DNA from: Bacilli bacterium
Lineage (GTDB): Bacteria; Bacillota_I; Bacilli_A; RF39; UBA660
Direction of reading: 5' to 3'
Assembly (NCBI GenBank): GCA_051872765.1
Contig: JBJEED010000091.1
Location: forward strand, 17,878-81,877
DNA length: 64,000 nucleotides
The translations under genes and the position numbers were made by a program. Below the pieces are notes generated by a model. That model saw only the letters and a program-made list of their open reading frames with translations, had not been told where the DNA came from and did not search any database. Of this stretch, positions 9,161-18,941 are shown in pieces. The first letter of the stretch is position 1. Every line of letters begins with the position of its first letter.

Positions 9161-11650
9161 ATGATGGAAGAAGAGATGAAACAAGAAAATGAATTTAGTG
9201 GAAGTTTTCATGAAAGAGATAGTCATGCTGTAAATAATATTGTAGATGAAGTAAAAAGTTCATTTTTAGATTATTCTATGAGTGTTATAACATCTAGAGC
9301 TATTCCTGATTTAAGAGATGGATTAAAACCTGTACACAGAAGAATTTTATGGTCAATGTATGAAGAGGGAAATACACCTGATAAACCTCATAGAAAATCT
9401 GCAACAACTGTAGGTAATGTTATGGGACATTATCATCCACATGGTGATAGTTCTATTTATGAGGCTATGGTTCGTTTAGCTCAAGATTTTAATCAAAGAT
9501 ATATGTTAGTAGATGGACATGGAAACTTTGGTAATATAGAAGGAGATGGAGCAGCAGCTTATCGTTATACAGAAGCAAGACTTGCTAAGATATCATTAGA
9601 ATTATTAAGAGATATTAATAAAGATACAGTTGATATGGACGATAACTTTGATGTTACTAGAAAAGAACCTAAAGTTTTACCATCTAGATTTCCAAATATA
9701 TTAGTAAATGGTTCTTTAGGTATAGCAGTTGGTATGGCAACAAACATACCACCTCATAATTTAGGTGAAGTAATTGATGGATGCATAGCATATATCGATA
9801 ATCCTGATATTGATACTTTAGGTTTAATGCAATATATAAAAGGTCCAGATTTTCCCACAGGAGGAATTATTCTTGGAAACTCCGGTATAAAGAAAGCATA
9901 TGACACGGGAAGAGGTAGTATTACTATTAGGAGCAAGGCTAGTATTGAAGAAATACATGGTCATAATTGTATAGTAATTACCGAAGTACCTTATGGTGTT
10001 AATACTTTAGAATTAAAAAATAAAGTAGCTGAATTAGTCCATAATAAAATAATAGATGGAATAACAGATTACCATACTGACTTAAAAGATGGAATTAAGA
10101 TTACAATTACTCTAAAAAAAGACGCAAATCCTCAAGTAGTATTAAATAATTTATATAAACATACATCTTTTCAAATTAATTATGGAATAATATTCTTAAT
10201 GTTAGATGGTCTTACTCCAAAAACATTAGGTTTAAAAGACATAATTTCTAAGTATATTGATCATCAAAAAGTGGTTATTATAAGAAGAACAAAATTCGAT
10301 TTAGCAAAAGATGAGAGAAGAGTACATATTTTAAATGGATATAAAATAGCTCAAGATAATATTGATGAGGTAATTAAAATTATTAAATCTGCTAAAACAG
10401 ATGAAATAGCTAAAACTAATTTAATGAATCGATTTGGTTTAGATACTATACAAGCTGAAGCAATATTGGAATTAAAACTAAGACGTTTAACTGGATTAGA
10501 AAGAGATAAAATAGAAGCAGAATTAGCAGAATTATTAAAAGAAATAGAAGAATTAAAATCTATTTTACAATCAGAACAAAAAGTTTTAGATATTATTAAA
10601 AAAGAAATGCTTGAAATTAGAAACAAATATAGTGATGATAGAAGAACTACAATAGATATGACAGCAGTAGAATACATAGAAGATGAAGCATTAATTCCTC
10701 AGGAAGAAGTAATGATTACTTTAACAAATAAAAATTATATTAAGAGAATTGCCAAAAATACTTATAAGTCTCAAAATCGTGGAGGTGTTGGCATAAAGGG
10801 TATAACAACAACAGAAGAGGATTTTGTTGAACATTTAATTTCTGTTAATACACATGATTATATTTTATTCTTCAGTAATAAAGGTAAAGTTTATAGACTA
10901 AAAGGTTATAATGTACCAGAATATTCAAGAGCAGGTAAAGGATTACCAATTATCAATCTATTACAATTAGAAAAAGATGAAAGAATTAATGCTATGGTTA
11001 AGGTAAATAACGAAGATATAAACAAATGTTTGCTTTTGAGTACTAAAAATGGTTTGGTTAAAAGAACAAAATATGAAGACTATATTAATATAAGACAAAC
11101 AGGTAAAATAGCAATTACATTAAAAGATGATGATGAATTAATTTCTGCTAAAGTAACTGAAGGAGATAGTCAAATTCTAATGTGTTCATCAAATGGTAGA
11201 ATGGTTAGATTTAATGAAAATGAAATTAGAATTATGGGTAGGACAGCTTCTGGAGTTAGAGGCATAAACTTGAATGGTGATATTTGTGTTGGTACAGAAA
11301 TATCTAAACCAGGAAATCTATTATTAGTAGTAACTGAAAATGGATATGGTAAAAAAACTGAAATAGAAGAATATAGAGAAACAAAGCGTGGCAGTAAAGG
11401 TGTAAAGACAATAAATTTATCTGAAAAAAATGGTAAAGTAGTAGGTTTCAAGTCAACTCAAAACGATAAAGACGTAATGATTATTACAAAGAATGGTATA
11501 ATAATTAGAATGGATGTTAATTCTATTTCACAAATGGGAAGAGTAACAAAAGGAGTTAAATTAATTAATCTTAAAGATAATAATAAAGTTGCTTCTATTT
11601 CAATTGTTGATAAAGAGATAGTAGAAGAAGTTGAAGAAAATGCAGAATAG
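9161..11650 (+). CDS. gyrA: DNA gyrase subunit A
   Basis: DGLKPVHRR, YHPHGD, AAYRYTE (catalytic Tyr) and GyrA-box QNRGGVG. Confidence 0.99.
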   Translation: MMEEEMKQENEFSGSFHERDSHAVNNIVDEVKSSFLDYSMSVITSRAIPDLRDGLKPVHRRILWSMYEEGNTPDKPHRKSATTVGNVMGHYHPHGDSSIYEAMVRLAQDFNQRYMLVDGHGNFGNIEGDGAAAYRYTEARLAKISLELLRDINKDTVDMDDNFDVTRKEPKVLPSRFPNILVNGSLGIAVGMATNIPPHNLGEVIDGCIAYIDNPDIDTLGLMQYIKGPDFPTGGIILGNSGIKKAYDTGRGSITIRSKASIEEIHGHNCIVITEVPYGVNTLELKNKVAELVHNKIIDGITDYHTDLKDGIKITITLKKDANPQVVLNNLYKHTSFQINYGIIFLMLDGLTPKTLGLKDIISKYIDHQKVVIIRRTKFDLAKDERRVHILNGYKIAQDNIDEVIKIIKSAKTDEIAKTNLMNRFGLDTIQAEAILELKLRRLTGLERDKIEAELAELLKEIEELKSILQSEQKVLDIIKKEMLEIRNKYSDDRRTTIDMTAVEYIEDEALIPQEEVMITLTNKNYIKRIAKNTYKSQNRGGVGIKGITTTEEDFVEHLISVNTHDYILFFSNKGKVYRLKGYNVPEYSRAGKGLPIINLLQLEKDERINAMVKVNNEDINKCLLLSTKNGLVKRTKYEDYINIRQTGKIAITLKDDDELISAKVTEGDSQILMCSSNGRMVRFNENEIRIMGRTASGVRGINLNGDICVGTEISKPGNLLLVVTENGYGKKTEIEEYRETKRGSKGVKTINLSEKNGKVVGFKSTQNDKDVMIITKNGIIIRMDVNSISQMGRVTKGVKLINLKDNNKVASISIVDKEIVEEVEENAE

Positions 11651-11663
11651 CATTTTCTTTTTT
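11635..11663 (+). terminator. Rho-independent terminator after gyrA
   Basis: AGAAAATGC-agaata-GCATTTTCT followed by a T-run. Confidence 0.6.
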
Positions 11664-11949
11664 ATATCATAATGTTTTATAAAGATATTTATTATATATA
11701 TTTTATATATATTTGCAAATATATGGTGTAAAATAAACAATTATATAAATGAATCTATATATGTATATATTGGGTAGTTATTTTAGATATATTAATTTTC
11801 TAATTAAGCTACAATAATGATATTTAAATAATACAAGATTAATAATCAAATATAAATAATTATAGTATTGTATCAATGTATTGAGTATTATTAACTTAAC
11901 TAATTTTTAATAACACATATTTTAAAATTAATTAATAAATTGCAAAAAT

Positions 11950-11965
11950 TATTTCCCGGGAAATA
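11950..11965. promoter_or_regulatory. Noc-binding site (NBS) 1
   Basis: Perfect palindrome TATTTCCCGGGAAATA, matching the B. subtilis NBS consensus. Confidence 0.8.
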
Positions 11966-11998
11966 ATTTTTGATAATATTTAGATAAAGTCTAAGCTA

Positions 11999-12014
11999 TG
12001 TTTCACATGAAACA
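11999..12014. promoter_or_regulatory. parS site 1
   Basis: TGTTTCACATGAAACA, one mismatch to the consensus TGTTTCACGTGAAACA. Confidence 0.9.
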
Positions 12015-12100
12015 TAGCTATTTTAATAATATTAAAATTAAATATGTGTTAGTATATATATTAATTTAAAATATTATAATAATATAATTTCATATTTTAA

Positions 12101-12116
12101 TGTTTCACATGAAACA
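12101..12116. promoter_or_regulatory. parS site 2
   Basis: TGTTTCACATGAAACA. Confidence 0.9.
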
Positions 12117-12152
12117 TTATATAAATTAACTTTTTTTAATAATTATATAAAT

Positions 12153-12168
12153 TATTTCCCGGGAAATA
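12153..12168. promoter_or_regulatory. Noc-binding site (NBS) 2
   Basis: TATTTCCCGGGAAATA. Confidence 0.8.
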
Positions 12169-12202
12169 ATTTTTGCATAATATTTAAATAAAGTCTAAGA
12201 TA

Positions 12203-12218
12203 TGTTTCACATGAAACA
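12203..12218. promoter_or_regulatory. parS site 3
   Basis: TGTTTCACATGAAACA. Confidence 0.9.
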
Positions 12219-12322
12219 TATATAAATATTTACTTAAATAACTATTAAAATATTAGTTATAAATAAAAATAAGTATGATTGAAAAGTAATATGTAATATT
12301 TTATAAATAAAATACATATTTA

Positions 12323-12338
12323 AGTTTCATGTGAAACA
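12323..12338. promoter_or_regulatory. parS site 4
   Basis: AGTTTCATGTGAAACA (opposite orientation, one extra mismatch). Confidence 0.8.
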
Positions 12339-12381
12339 TAAAACTTAAATAGAAAAAAATAAAATTGTTTATCAATTAATA

Positions 12382-12397
12382 TGTTTCATGTGAAACA
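12382..12397. promoter_or_regulatory. parS site 5
   Basis: TGTTTCATGTGAAACA (opposite orientation to sites 1-3). Confidence 0.9.
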
Positions 12398-12452
12398 TAT
12401 ATTTTAAAAAAAATAATGATTGATTTTTTTTAAAATATAGTGTAATATATAT

Positions 12453-12525
12453 GCGTGCAACGAAAATGGTTTGAACCAGGTCAGAATCGGAAGATAGCAG
12501 CCTTAAAAAGCAAATTCGTGTGCAC
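12453..12525 (+). ncRNA. ffs: Signal recognition particle RNA (small, 4.5S-type)
   Basis: Helix-8 motif CCAGGTCAGAATC-GGAA-GATAGCAGC, closed by GTGCA...TGCAC and followed by a T-run; next to tadA/dnaX as scr is in Bacillus. Confidence 0.9.
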
Positions 12526-12545
12526 TTTTTTTATTAGGAGATATT

Positions 12546-12953
12546 ATGAATGAAATATTTATAAATAAATTAATTAAATTAAATCAAAAGGCATTAAAAA
12601 ATAATGATGTTCCTGTATCTTGTTTAATAAGTAAAAATAATGAAATAGTTTCTTATGCATATAATAAAAAAATAAAAAATAATGATCCTTTTGCGCACGC
12701 AGAAATATTAGCTATAAGAAAAGCAGCAAAAAAATTAAAAACATATAATTTAAGTGATTGTGAAATATATGTATCTTTATATCCTTGTAAAATGTGTCAA
12801 GAAGTAATAAACGAAGCAAGAATAAAAAAAGTGTATTATGTTTTAAATAAAAATAAAGATATAGTAAACACTACAAAATATATTAAAATAAAAACAGATC
12901 AAGAAATAAAATTCAGTAAAGAGTTAAGTGAATTTTTTCATGATAAAAGATAG
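12546..12953 (+). CDS. tadA: tRNA adenosine(34) deaminase TadA / nucleoside deaminase
   Basis: DPFAHAEILAIR and SLYPCKMC zinc-deaminase motifs; synteny with ffs and dnaX. Confidence 0.85.
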   Translation: MNEIFINKLIKLNQKALKNNDVPVSCLISKNNEIVSYAYNKKIKNNDPFAHAEILAIRKAAKKLKTYNLSDCEIYVSLYPCKMCQEVINEARIKKVYYVLNKNKDIVNTTKYIKIKTDQEIKFSKELSEFFHDKR

Positions 12954-12995
12954 TTAATTTATTATTAATTTGGTATAATTAATTTGGAGGAAATT

Positions 12996-14612
12996 ATGAC
13001 ATATATATCACTTTATCGAAAATATAGACCAAAAAAGTTTTCAGAAGTAGTTGGTCAAGATGTAATAATTAAAATTATTAAAAATAGCATTAAAAATAAT
13101 AAAATAAATCATGCTTACATATTTAGTGGTCCAAGAGGTACTGGAAAGACAACAATCGCAAAAATATTTGCTCGAGCTGTAAATTGTTTGAATTTTAAAG
13201 ATGATATTTGTGAAAAATGTGATAATTGTAAAAATGAAAATAATAATGAAATAGATATAATTGAAATTGATGCTGCTAGTAATAATGGAGTTGATGAAAT
13301 AAGAGAAATAAGAAATAGTGTAAAATATTTACCATCAAGTCTAAAATATAAAGTATATATAGTTGATGAGGTACATATGTTATCTTCAAGTGCATTTAAT
13401 GCACTATTGAAAACTCTTGAGGAACCACCAAGCCATGTAATATTTATATTAGCAACAACTGAATTTAATAAGATTCCCGCCACTGTGGTTTCAAGGTGTC
13501 AAAAGTTTGATTTTAAAAAAATTAATAATAAAACAATTATAGAAAGATTAAAATATATTTTAAAAGAAGAACATAAAAATGTAAGTGAAGATGTATTAAA
13601 TTTAATAGCTAAATTAAGTGATGGAGGATTAAGAGATTCAATTAATTTATTAGATCAAATTCTTTCAATTAATGAAGAAAATGTTACTACTGATCAGGTA
13701 TATAATTTAATTGGAGAATTGAGTGATATAGAAATTTCTAAATTATTAGAAACAATAACAAATGGAAATGTTAAAGAACTTTTAAATAGTGTTAATAAAT
13801 ATATAGATGAAGGAAAAAATTTAATTAGTATTGTTAATAAATTAGAAATATTAATAAGAAATATATTAATATATAATTCAACAGATAATTATTTTGATGC
13901 TGAATATGAAAATATTTTATCTAAATTTAATAAAATTGATATAAATAAAATATTTGAATTATCTAAAAATTTATTTGAATTAAATAATGAGTTAAAAAAA
14001 ACCAATAATCAAAAGATATTAATTGAAATATATTTTATTAAAACTACTTTATTATTTACAAATCAGTCAAATTATAAAACAAATGTTTGCCAAAATAGTG
14101 AAAATTTCACTAAAGATACTAATAGTAATGATGAATCTAATAACTATTCTTTATCCGACAATGATAAAAAAATAAATATTAATAATGCTTTGTCTGGTGC
14201 AAGTAAAGAACTAAAAAAAGATTTTATTAGTAAATTTAAAATTGTTGAAGAATATGTATCAAGTAAAGATTATAATTCAATTAGTAATTTATTACTTAAA
14301 TCAACTCCAGAGGTAGTATCAGATAAAAATATATTATTTACTTTTAAAAATAATTTTGAGGTAGTATTATTTGATAAAAATATAGAAGATATTCAAAAAT
14401 TTATAAATATGTTGTATAATAAAAAATATGTAGTTGTTGCAGTTAGTTCTGAACAATGGATTGATATCAGAGATGAATATATTAAAAATATAAGATCAGG
14501 CGTTAAATATCAATATATTGAAGAACAACCTAAACAAAAAAAAACTACAAAAAACACAGTGTTACAAGATAGTGTAGAAGATATATTTGGGAATGATTAC
14601 ACTACAATTTAG
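12996..14612 (+). CDS. dnaX: DNA polymerase III subunit gamma/tau
   Basis: LYRKYRP, GPRGTGKTT, EIDAASNNGVD, DEVHML, NALLKTLEEPP and SRC; GGAGG RBS before ATG 12996. Confidence 0.98.
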   Translation: MTYISLYRKYRPKKFSEVVGQDVIIKIIKNSIKNNKINHAYIFSGPRGTGKTTIAKIFARAVNCLNFKDDICEKCDNCKNENNNEIDIIEIDAASNNGVDEIREIRNSVKYLPSSLKYKVYIVDEVHMLSSSAFNALLKTLEEPPSHVIFILATTEFNKIPATVVSRCQKFDFKKINNKTIIERLKYILKEEHKNVSEDVLNLIAKLSDGGLRDSINLLDQILSINEENVTTDQVYNLIGELSDIEISKLLETITNGNVKELLNSVNKYIDEGKNLISIVNKLEILIRNILIYNSTDNYFDAEYENILSKFNKIDINKIFELSKNLFELNNELKKTNNQKILIEIYFIKTTLLFTNQSNYKTNVCQNSENFTKDTNSNDESNNYSLSDNDKKININNALSGASKELKKDFISKFKIVEEYVSSKDYNSISNLLLKSTPEVVSDKNILFTFKNNFEVVLFDKNIEDIQKFINMLYNKKYVVVAVSSEQWIDIRDEYIKNIRSGVKYQYIEEQPKQKKTTKNTVLQDSVEDIFGNDYTTI

Positions 14613-14623
14613 GAGGAAAAAAT

Positions 14624-14917
14624 ATGAATATACAAGCAATGATGGCTCAAGCAAGAAAGTTACAAACACAATTAGAAAAAACTACAAAAGAAATAGATGA
14701 AACAATATACAAATATGAGAATGAAAATATATTGGTAGAAGCTTATGGTAGTAACAAAATTAAAAAAATAAATATTAAAAATAGTGATGTATTAGAAGAT
14801 TCCGAAATGTTAGAAGATATTTTATTAGTAGCTGTTAATGATGTTTTAAAGCAAATTATAGATGATAAAAATAAAAAATTAGGTAAATACACTAATGGTC
14901 TTGGAGGATTATTCTAA
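14624..14917 (+). CDS. ybaB: YbaB/EbfC nucleoid-associated protein
   Basis: MNIQAMMAQARKLQ...EMLEDILLVAVND; lies between dnaX and recR. Confidence 0.92.
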   Translation: MNIQAMMAQARKLQTQLEKTTKEIDETIYKYENENILVEAYGSNKIKKINIKNSDVLEDSEMLEDILLVAVNDVLKQIIDDKNKKLGKYTNGLGGLF

Positions 14918-14920
14918 AAA

Positions 14921-15517
14921 ATGCCATTACCAAAAAGTTTTACACAATTAATTAATAATTTATCAATATTACCTGGTGTTGGTGAAAAAACTGCAGAAAG
15001 GTATGCATATGCTTTATATCAAAAAGATAAAGATGAAGTGGAAAATTTAGCAGATTCTTTAATTAATTTTAAAAAAACAATTAGAAATTGTGAAATTTGT
15101 GGATGTTTGAGTGACGAAAATATATGTGATATATGTTCTGATGAAAGTAGAGATAGAACAACTATATGTATAGTTGAAGATTCTAAGAGTGTATTTTTTA
15201 TAGAAAAAACAAAAAAATATAATGGTTGTTTTCATGTACTTAATGGTTTGATATCTCCAATTGACGGTATTAATCCAGAAGATCTTAACATACATACATT
15301 GTTAAATAGAATAGAAAATGAAGTAAAAGAAGTAATTTTTGCTTTAAATCCTTCTATTGAAGGAGAAGTGACTTCTTTATATATACAAAAATTATTGGAA
15401 AAGTATAATTTGAAAATTTCAAGATTATCATATGGAATACCTATGGGTGGTGAGATAGAATATCTTGATCCATTAATGATTTCAAAAGCATTAGAAGATA
15501 GAAAAGTAATATCATAA
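14921..15517 (+). CDS. recR: Recombination mediator RecR
   Basis: LPGVGEKTAER HhH motif, C4 zinc finger and Toprim domain. Confidence 0.98.
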   Translation: MPLPKSFTQLINNLSILPGVGEKTAERYAYALYQKDKDEVENLADSLINFKKTIRNCEICGCLSDENICDICSDESRDRTTICIVEDSKSVFFIEKTKKYNGCFHVLNGLISPIDGINPEDLNIHTLLNRIENEVKEVIFALNPSIEGEVTSLYIQKLLEKYNLKISRLSYGIPMGGEIEYLDPLMISKALEDRKVIS

Positions 15518-15551
15518 AAAACTCTCTCATATTTTTTTATGAGGGAGTTTT

Positions 15552-15722
15552 ATGTATATAATAAAAAAATTAGTATGTACTTTATGTTTACTATATTCTT
15601 TAAATTTAATATTAAGTTCTGTTGGTAAGATAGTACCAATAAATATTTATACGATAATAATAGTATATCTTTTTGACTTTTTTGGAATATTGGCTATAAT
15701 ATATTTGAAATACTTTAATTAA
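15552..15722 (+). CDS. bofA: Pro-sigmaK processing inhibitor BofA-like small membrane protein (56 aa)
   Basis: Not in the ORF track. MYIIKKLVCTLCLLYSLNLILSSVGKIVPINIYTIIIVYLFDFFGILAIIYLKYFN has the LN...VPIN...G pattern of BofA. GAGGGAG RBS; downstream of recR as in B. subtilis. Confidence 0.7.
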   Translation: MYIIKKLVCTLCLLYSLNLILSSVGKIVPINIYTIIIVYLFDFFGILAIIYLKYFN

Positions 15723-15746
15723 TATTATTAATTATTTGGAGGAATT

Positions 15747-16535
15747 GTGAATAATTTATACCACTATTTTGAAAAAATATATGAAAAAGGAAAACTATCA
15801 CATGCATTTCTAATAGGAAATGTATCTTTAAGTGAAATAAAGCCAGTACTATTAAAAATATTTAATGATTTTATATTAAAAAGTAAAAATAATGTAGATA
15901 GTAATCCTAATATATACTTTTTAGAAGAAAAAAATGGTATAATAAAAAAAGATGATATAAGGAATTTATTAAAAAATTTAACAACTACGTCACAATTTGA
16001 TGGATCAAAAATCTATGTAATAGATAAATGTGAAAATTTGAATGATTTTTCATATAATGCCTTATTAAAAACATTAGAAGAACCTGCTGAAAATATTTAT
16101 GCATTTTTATTAACAACAAATATAGATGCGGTTAAAACCACTATTGCTAGCAGATGTCAAAAAATATTTATTTCTTCTTATATTGATATTAAATATGAAG
16201 ATAGTTGCATAGATATTGCAAATTCTTTAATTGAAAGTATAGAAAAAATTGGAGTAGACTCTATAACGTCGTCTTCTAAAATATATAAGTTAATTGAAGA
16301 TAGAGATTCACTAGTTAATATTTTAAAATATATGTTAAATAAATATATGGAAGCATTAAATGATATAGTTAATAGTGATTCTATAAGTAATTATTTACTA
16401 GAAAATAATGATATTAATAGTTTAATAAGCAAAATATTAGTTATTAATGATAGTATAAATAGAATAGAGTTTAATTTAAATAAAAATATGTGTATAGATA
16501 GATTAATTATAGAAATGGGAAGATGTAATATATGA
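15747..16535 (+). CDS. holB: DNA polymerase III delta-prime subunit (divergent)
   Basis: KLSHAFL, NALLKTLEEP and TIASRC; upstream of yaaT. Confidence 0.88.
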   Translation: MNNLYHYFEKIYEKGKLSHAFLIGNVSLSEIKPVLLKIFNDFILKSKNNVDSNPNIYFLEEKNGIIKKDDIRNLLKNLTTTSQFDGSKIYVIDKCENLNDFSYNALLKTLEEPAENIYAFLLTTNIDAVKTTIASRCQKIFISSYIDIKYEDSCIDIANSLIESIEKIGVDSITSSSKIYKLIEDRDSLVNILKYMLNKYMEALNDIVNSDSISNYLLENNDINSLISKILVINDSINRIEFNLNKNMCIDRLIIEMGRCNI

Positions 16536-17338
16536 AAACAATTGGAGTAGAATTTAAAAAAGGTGGAAAACAATATACATTTTATGATAATGATTTAGAA
16601 TTATCCATAAGTGATAATGTTATAGTAGAAACTGAAAGAGGATTACAGTTTGGTACAGTAGCATCTATATATGTCAAGGATGATAATAAAGAACACAGTA
16701 AAGTGGTTAAAAAAGCTGATAGTGATGATGAAAAGCAGCATTTAAATAACATTAAGAGTGCTTTAAAAGCAATAGATAAAGCACAATCTTTAGCAAACAA
16801 ATTAGAACTTGATATGAAATTTTTAGATGCATATTATACTTTTGATAAGAAACAATTGGTATTTCAATTTTTAGCTGATAATAGAATTGATTTTAGAGAA
16901 TTAGCAAAATCATTAGCTTCAATATATAAAACAAGAATAGAGTTAAGACAAGTAGGTGTAAGAGATAAAGCAAAGGAAATATCTGGAATAGGCCCATGTG
17001 GAAGAAAATTATGTTGTTCATCATTCTTGAATGATTTAGATTCAGTTGGAATAGCACAAGTAAAGAATCAAAATATAGCATTAAATCCACAAAAGATAAA
17101 TGGTTTGTGTGGTAGACTTCTTTGTTGTTTAAAATATGAGGATGATTTATATACAGAGTATAGAAAATATTTACCAGAAGTTGGAGATAAAGTTAAAGTA
17201 AATGGAGAAGATGCTACAGTTATATCTTTAGATATTCCTAGAAGAAAATATATAGCATTGATGGAAAACGATAATACGAAAGTAGAAGTGGATGTATCAA
17301 AAAAGAATGAAAAACGAGAAAAAAGAAGTAATAAATGA
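16532..17338 (+). CDS. yaaT: YaaT/RicT (PSP1 domain) protein
   Basis: RIDFRELAK...RIELRQVGVRD...GPCGRKLCC...CGRLLCCLKYE. Confidence 0.95.
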   Translation: MKTIGVEFKKGGKQYTFYDNDLELSISDNVIVETERGLQFGTVASIYVKDDNKEHSKVVKKADSDDEKQHLNNIKSALKAIDKAQSLANKLELDMKFLDAYYTFDKKQLVFQFLADNRIDFRELAKSLASIYKTRIELRQVGVRDKAKEISGIGPCGRKLCCSSFLNDLDSVGIAQVKNQNIALNPQKINGLCGRLLCCLKYEDDLYTEYRKYLPEVGDKVKVNGEDATVISLDIPRRKYIALMENDNTKVEVDVSKKNEKREKRSNK

Positions 17339-18044
17339 TTTAGTATACTATGATAATTTAAAAATAATACAAAACTCTGATTATTTTAATTTTAGTTTAG
17401 ATAGTGTATTATTACCAAATTTTGCCATAATTACTCCAAATACCAGAAATATTTTAGATTTATGTACTGGAAATGCACCTATACCCTTAATTTTTTCAAA
17501 AAAAACAAAGGCTAATATAATAGGTATAGAATTACAAAAAGAAATATATGATCTTGCTATTAGGTCAGTGTCTATAAATAATTTAGAAAGCCAAATTAGA
17601 ATAATAAATATGGATGCAAATGAAGTAATAAATAAATATGAGACTGATACTTTCGATTTAATAACATGTAATCCTCCATATTTTAAATATAATAAAAATA
17701 GTATAATAAATGATAATTATATAAAAACATTAGCAAGACATGAGGTTTCATTTAAATTAGATGATTTATTTAAAATATCTAAAAAATTATTAAAAAATGG
17801 TGGTTCAGTTTGTTTAATTCATAGAACAGATCGATTAATGGATATAATTATTAGTATGAAAAAAAATAACATTGAACCAAAAAGAATTAGATTTATATAT
17901 CCAAAAGTTGGTGCTGAATCTAATTTAGTATTAATAGACGGACATAAAAATGGTAAAAGTGGATTAAAAATATTACCACCATTATATGTACATAATGACA
18001 ATAGTGAATATACAGAAGAAATACTTAAAATGTTTGGAAAATAA
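17292..18044 (+). CDS. yabB: tRNA1(Val) adenine(37)-N6 methyltransferase family (YabB/TrmN6)
   Basis: FSLDSVLL, LDLCTGNA, CNPPYF and ARHE; the start may be 17307. Confidence 0.9.
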   Translation: MYQKRMKNEKKEVINDLVYYDNLKIIQNSDYFNFSLDSVLLPNFAIITPNTRNILDLCTGNAPIPLIFSKKTKANIIGIELQKEIYDLAIRSVSINNLESQIRIINMDANEVINKYETDTFDLITCNPPYFKYNKNSIINDNYIKTLARHEVSFKLDDLFKISKKLLKNGGSVCLIHRTDRLMDIIISMKKNNIEPKRIRFIYPKVGAESNLVLIDGHKNGKSGLKILPPLYVHNDNSEYTEEILKMFGK

Positions 18045-18077
18045 AGAAAGGATATAAAAATATATTGTGGGTAAAAT

Positions 18078-18908
18078 ATGATACAAAGAAGTTATGAAAA
18101 AAGTAAATTTGGAAATTTATATTTAGTTCCAACTCCTATTGGTAATTTAGATGATATCACAATAAGGGCAAAAAATATCTTAAATGAATGCGATATAGTA
18201 TATGCTGAGGATAGTAGAGAAACATTAAAATTATTAAAAATGTTAAATATAAATAAGAAAGTAGAAAGTTGTCACAAATATAGTGAGATGACTCATAAAG
18301 ATAAAATAATTTCTATATTAAAAGATGGAAAAAATATAGCATATGTTACAGATAGAGGAACACCATTAATTAGTGATCCTGGAAATGTTATAGTAGACTA
18401 TGCTATTGAAAATAATATTAATGTTATTGCTTTACCTGGCCCAAATGCTTTATTACCTGCAATTAATATGTCTGGAATAAGTAATCAAAGATTCTTATTT
18501 TATGGTTTTTTGAACAAGAAAAAAACATATGCAAAAAAAGAATTAATTGATTTAAAAGAAATCAAACATACATTAATTTTTTATGAGGCTCCTCATAGAA
18601 TTAAAGATACTCTATCTTTGATGTTAGAAGTATTAGGTAATAGAAAAATAGCCTTAGTTAGAGAAATATCTAAATTATATGAAGAAGTAATAAGAGATAA
18701 TATAGAAAATGTTATTAAATTGTGTGATAATATAAAAGGAGAAATTGTTATTATTGTTCAAGGGTCAACAAATAGTGAAGATAATAATAATTATGAAGAA
18801 ATGATAAATAACTTAATTTCTTCTGGTTATACAAAAAGAGATGCTATTAGGGAAATAGCTGAAAGATATAATATTAGTAAAAATAAATTATATAATGAAT
18901 TTAAATAG
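18078..18908 (+). CDS. rsmI: 16S rRNA C1402 2'-O-methyltransferase
   Basis: LYLVPTPIGNLDDIT, GTPLISDPG, FYEAPHR and REISKLYEE. Confidence 0.97.
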   Translation: MIQRSYEKSKFGNLYLVPTPIGNLDDITIRAKNILNECDIVYAEDSRETLKLLKMLNINKKVESCHKYSEMTHKDKIISILKDGKNIAYVTDRGTPLISDPGNVIVDYAIENNINVIALPGPNALLPAINMSGISNQRFLFYGFLNKKKTYAKKELIDLKEIKHTLIFYEAPHRIKDTLSLMLEVLGNRKIALVREISKLYEEVIRDNIENVIKLCDNIKGEIVIIVQGSTNSEDNNNYEEMINNLISSGYTKRDAIREIAERYNISKNKLYNEFK

Positions 18909-18941
18909 TGATAAGAATATAAAGGAAAAAGGGTGTATTAT

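Larger units (their letters stand above)
11946..12220 (+). repeat. Direct repeat of a ~70-bp NBS+parS unit (copies at ~11946-12016 and ~12149-12220)
   Basis: AAATTATTTCCCGGGAAATAATTTTTG(C)ATAATATTTA(G/A)ATAAAGTCTAAG(C/A)TATGTTTCACATGAAACATA occurs twice. Confidence 0.88.

Noticed and set aside
8247-11451. Minus-strand ORFs inside gyrB and gyrA, and similar antisense ORFs inside dnaX, recR, yaaT, rsmA, the kinases, the ATPase and the recombinase
   Set aside because: Shadow frames of well-supported genes, with no recognisable motifs.
11946-12397. Repeated palindromes read as a CRISPR array or REP elements
   Set aside because: Spacing is irregular, no cas genes are present, and the motifs match the parS and NBS consensus sequences.
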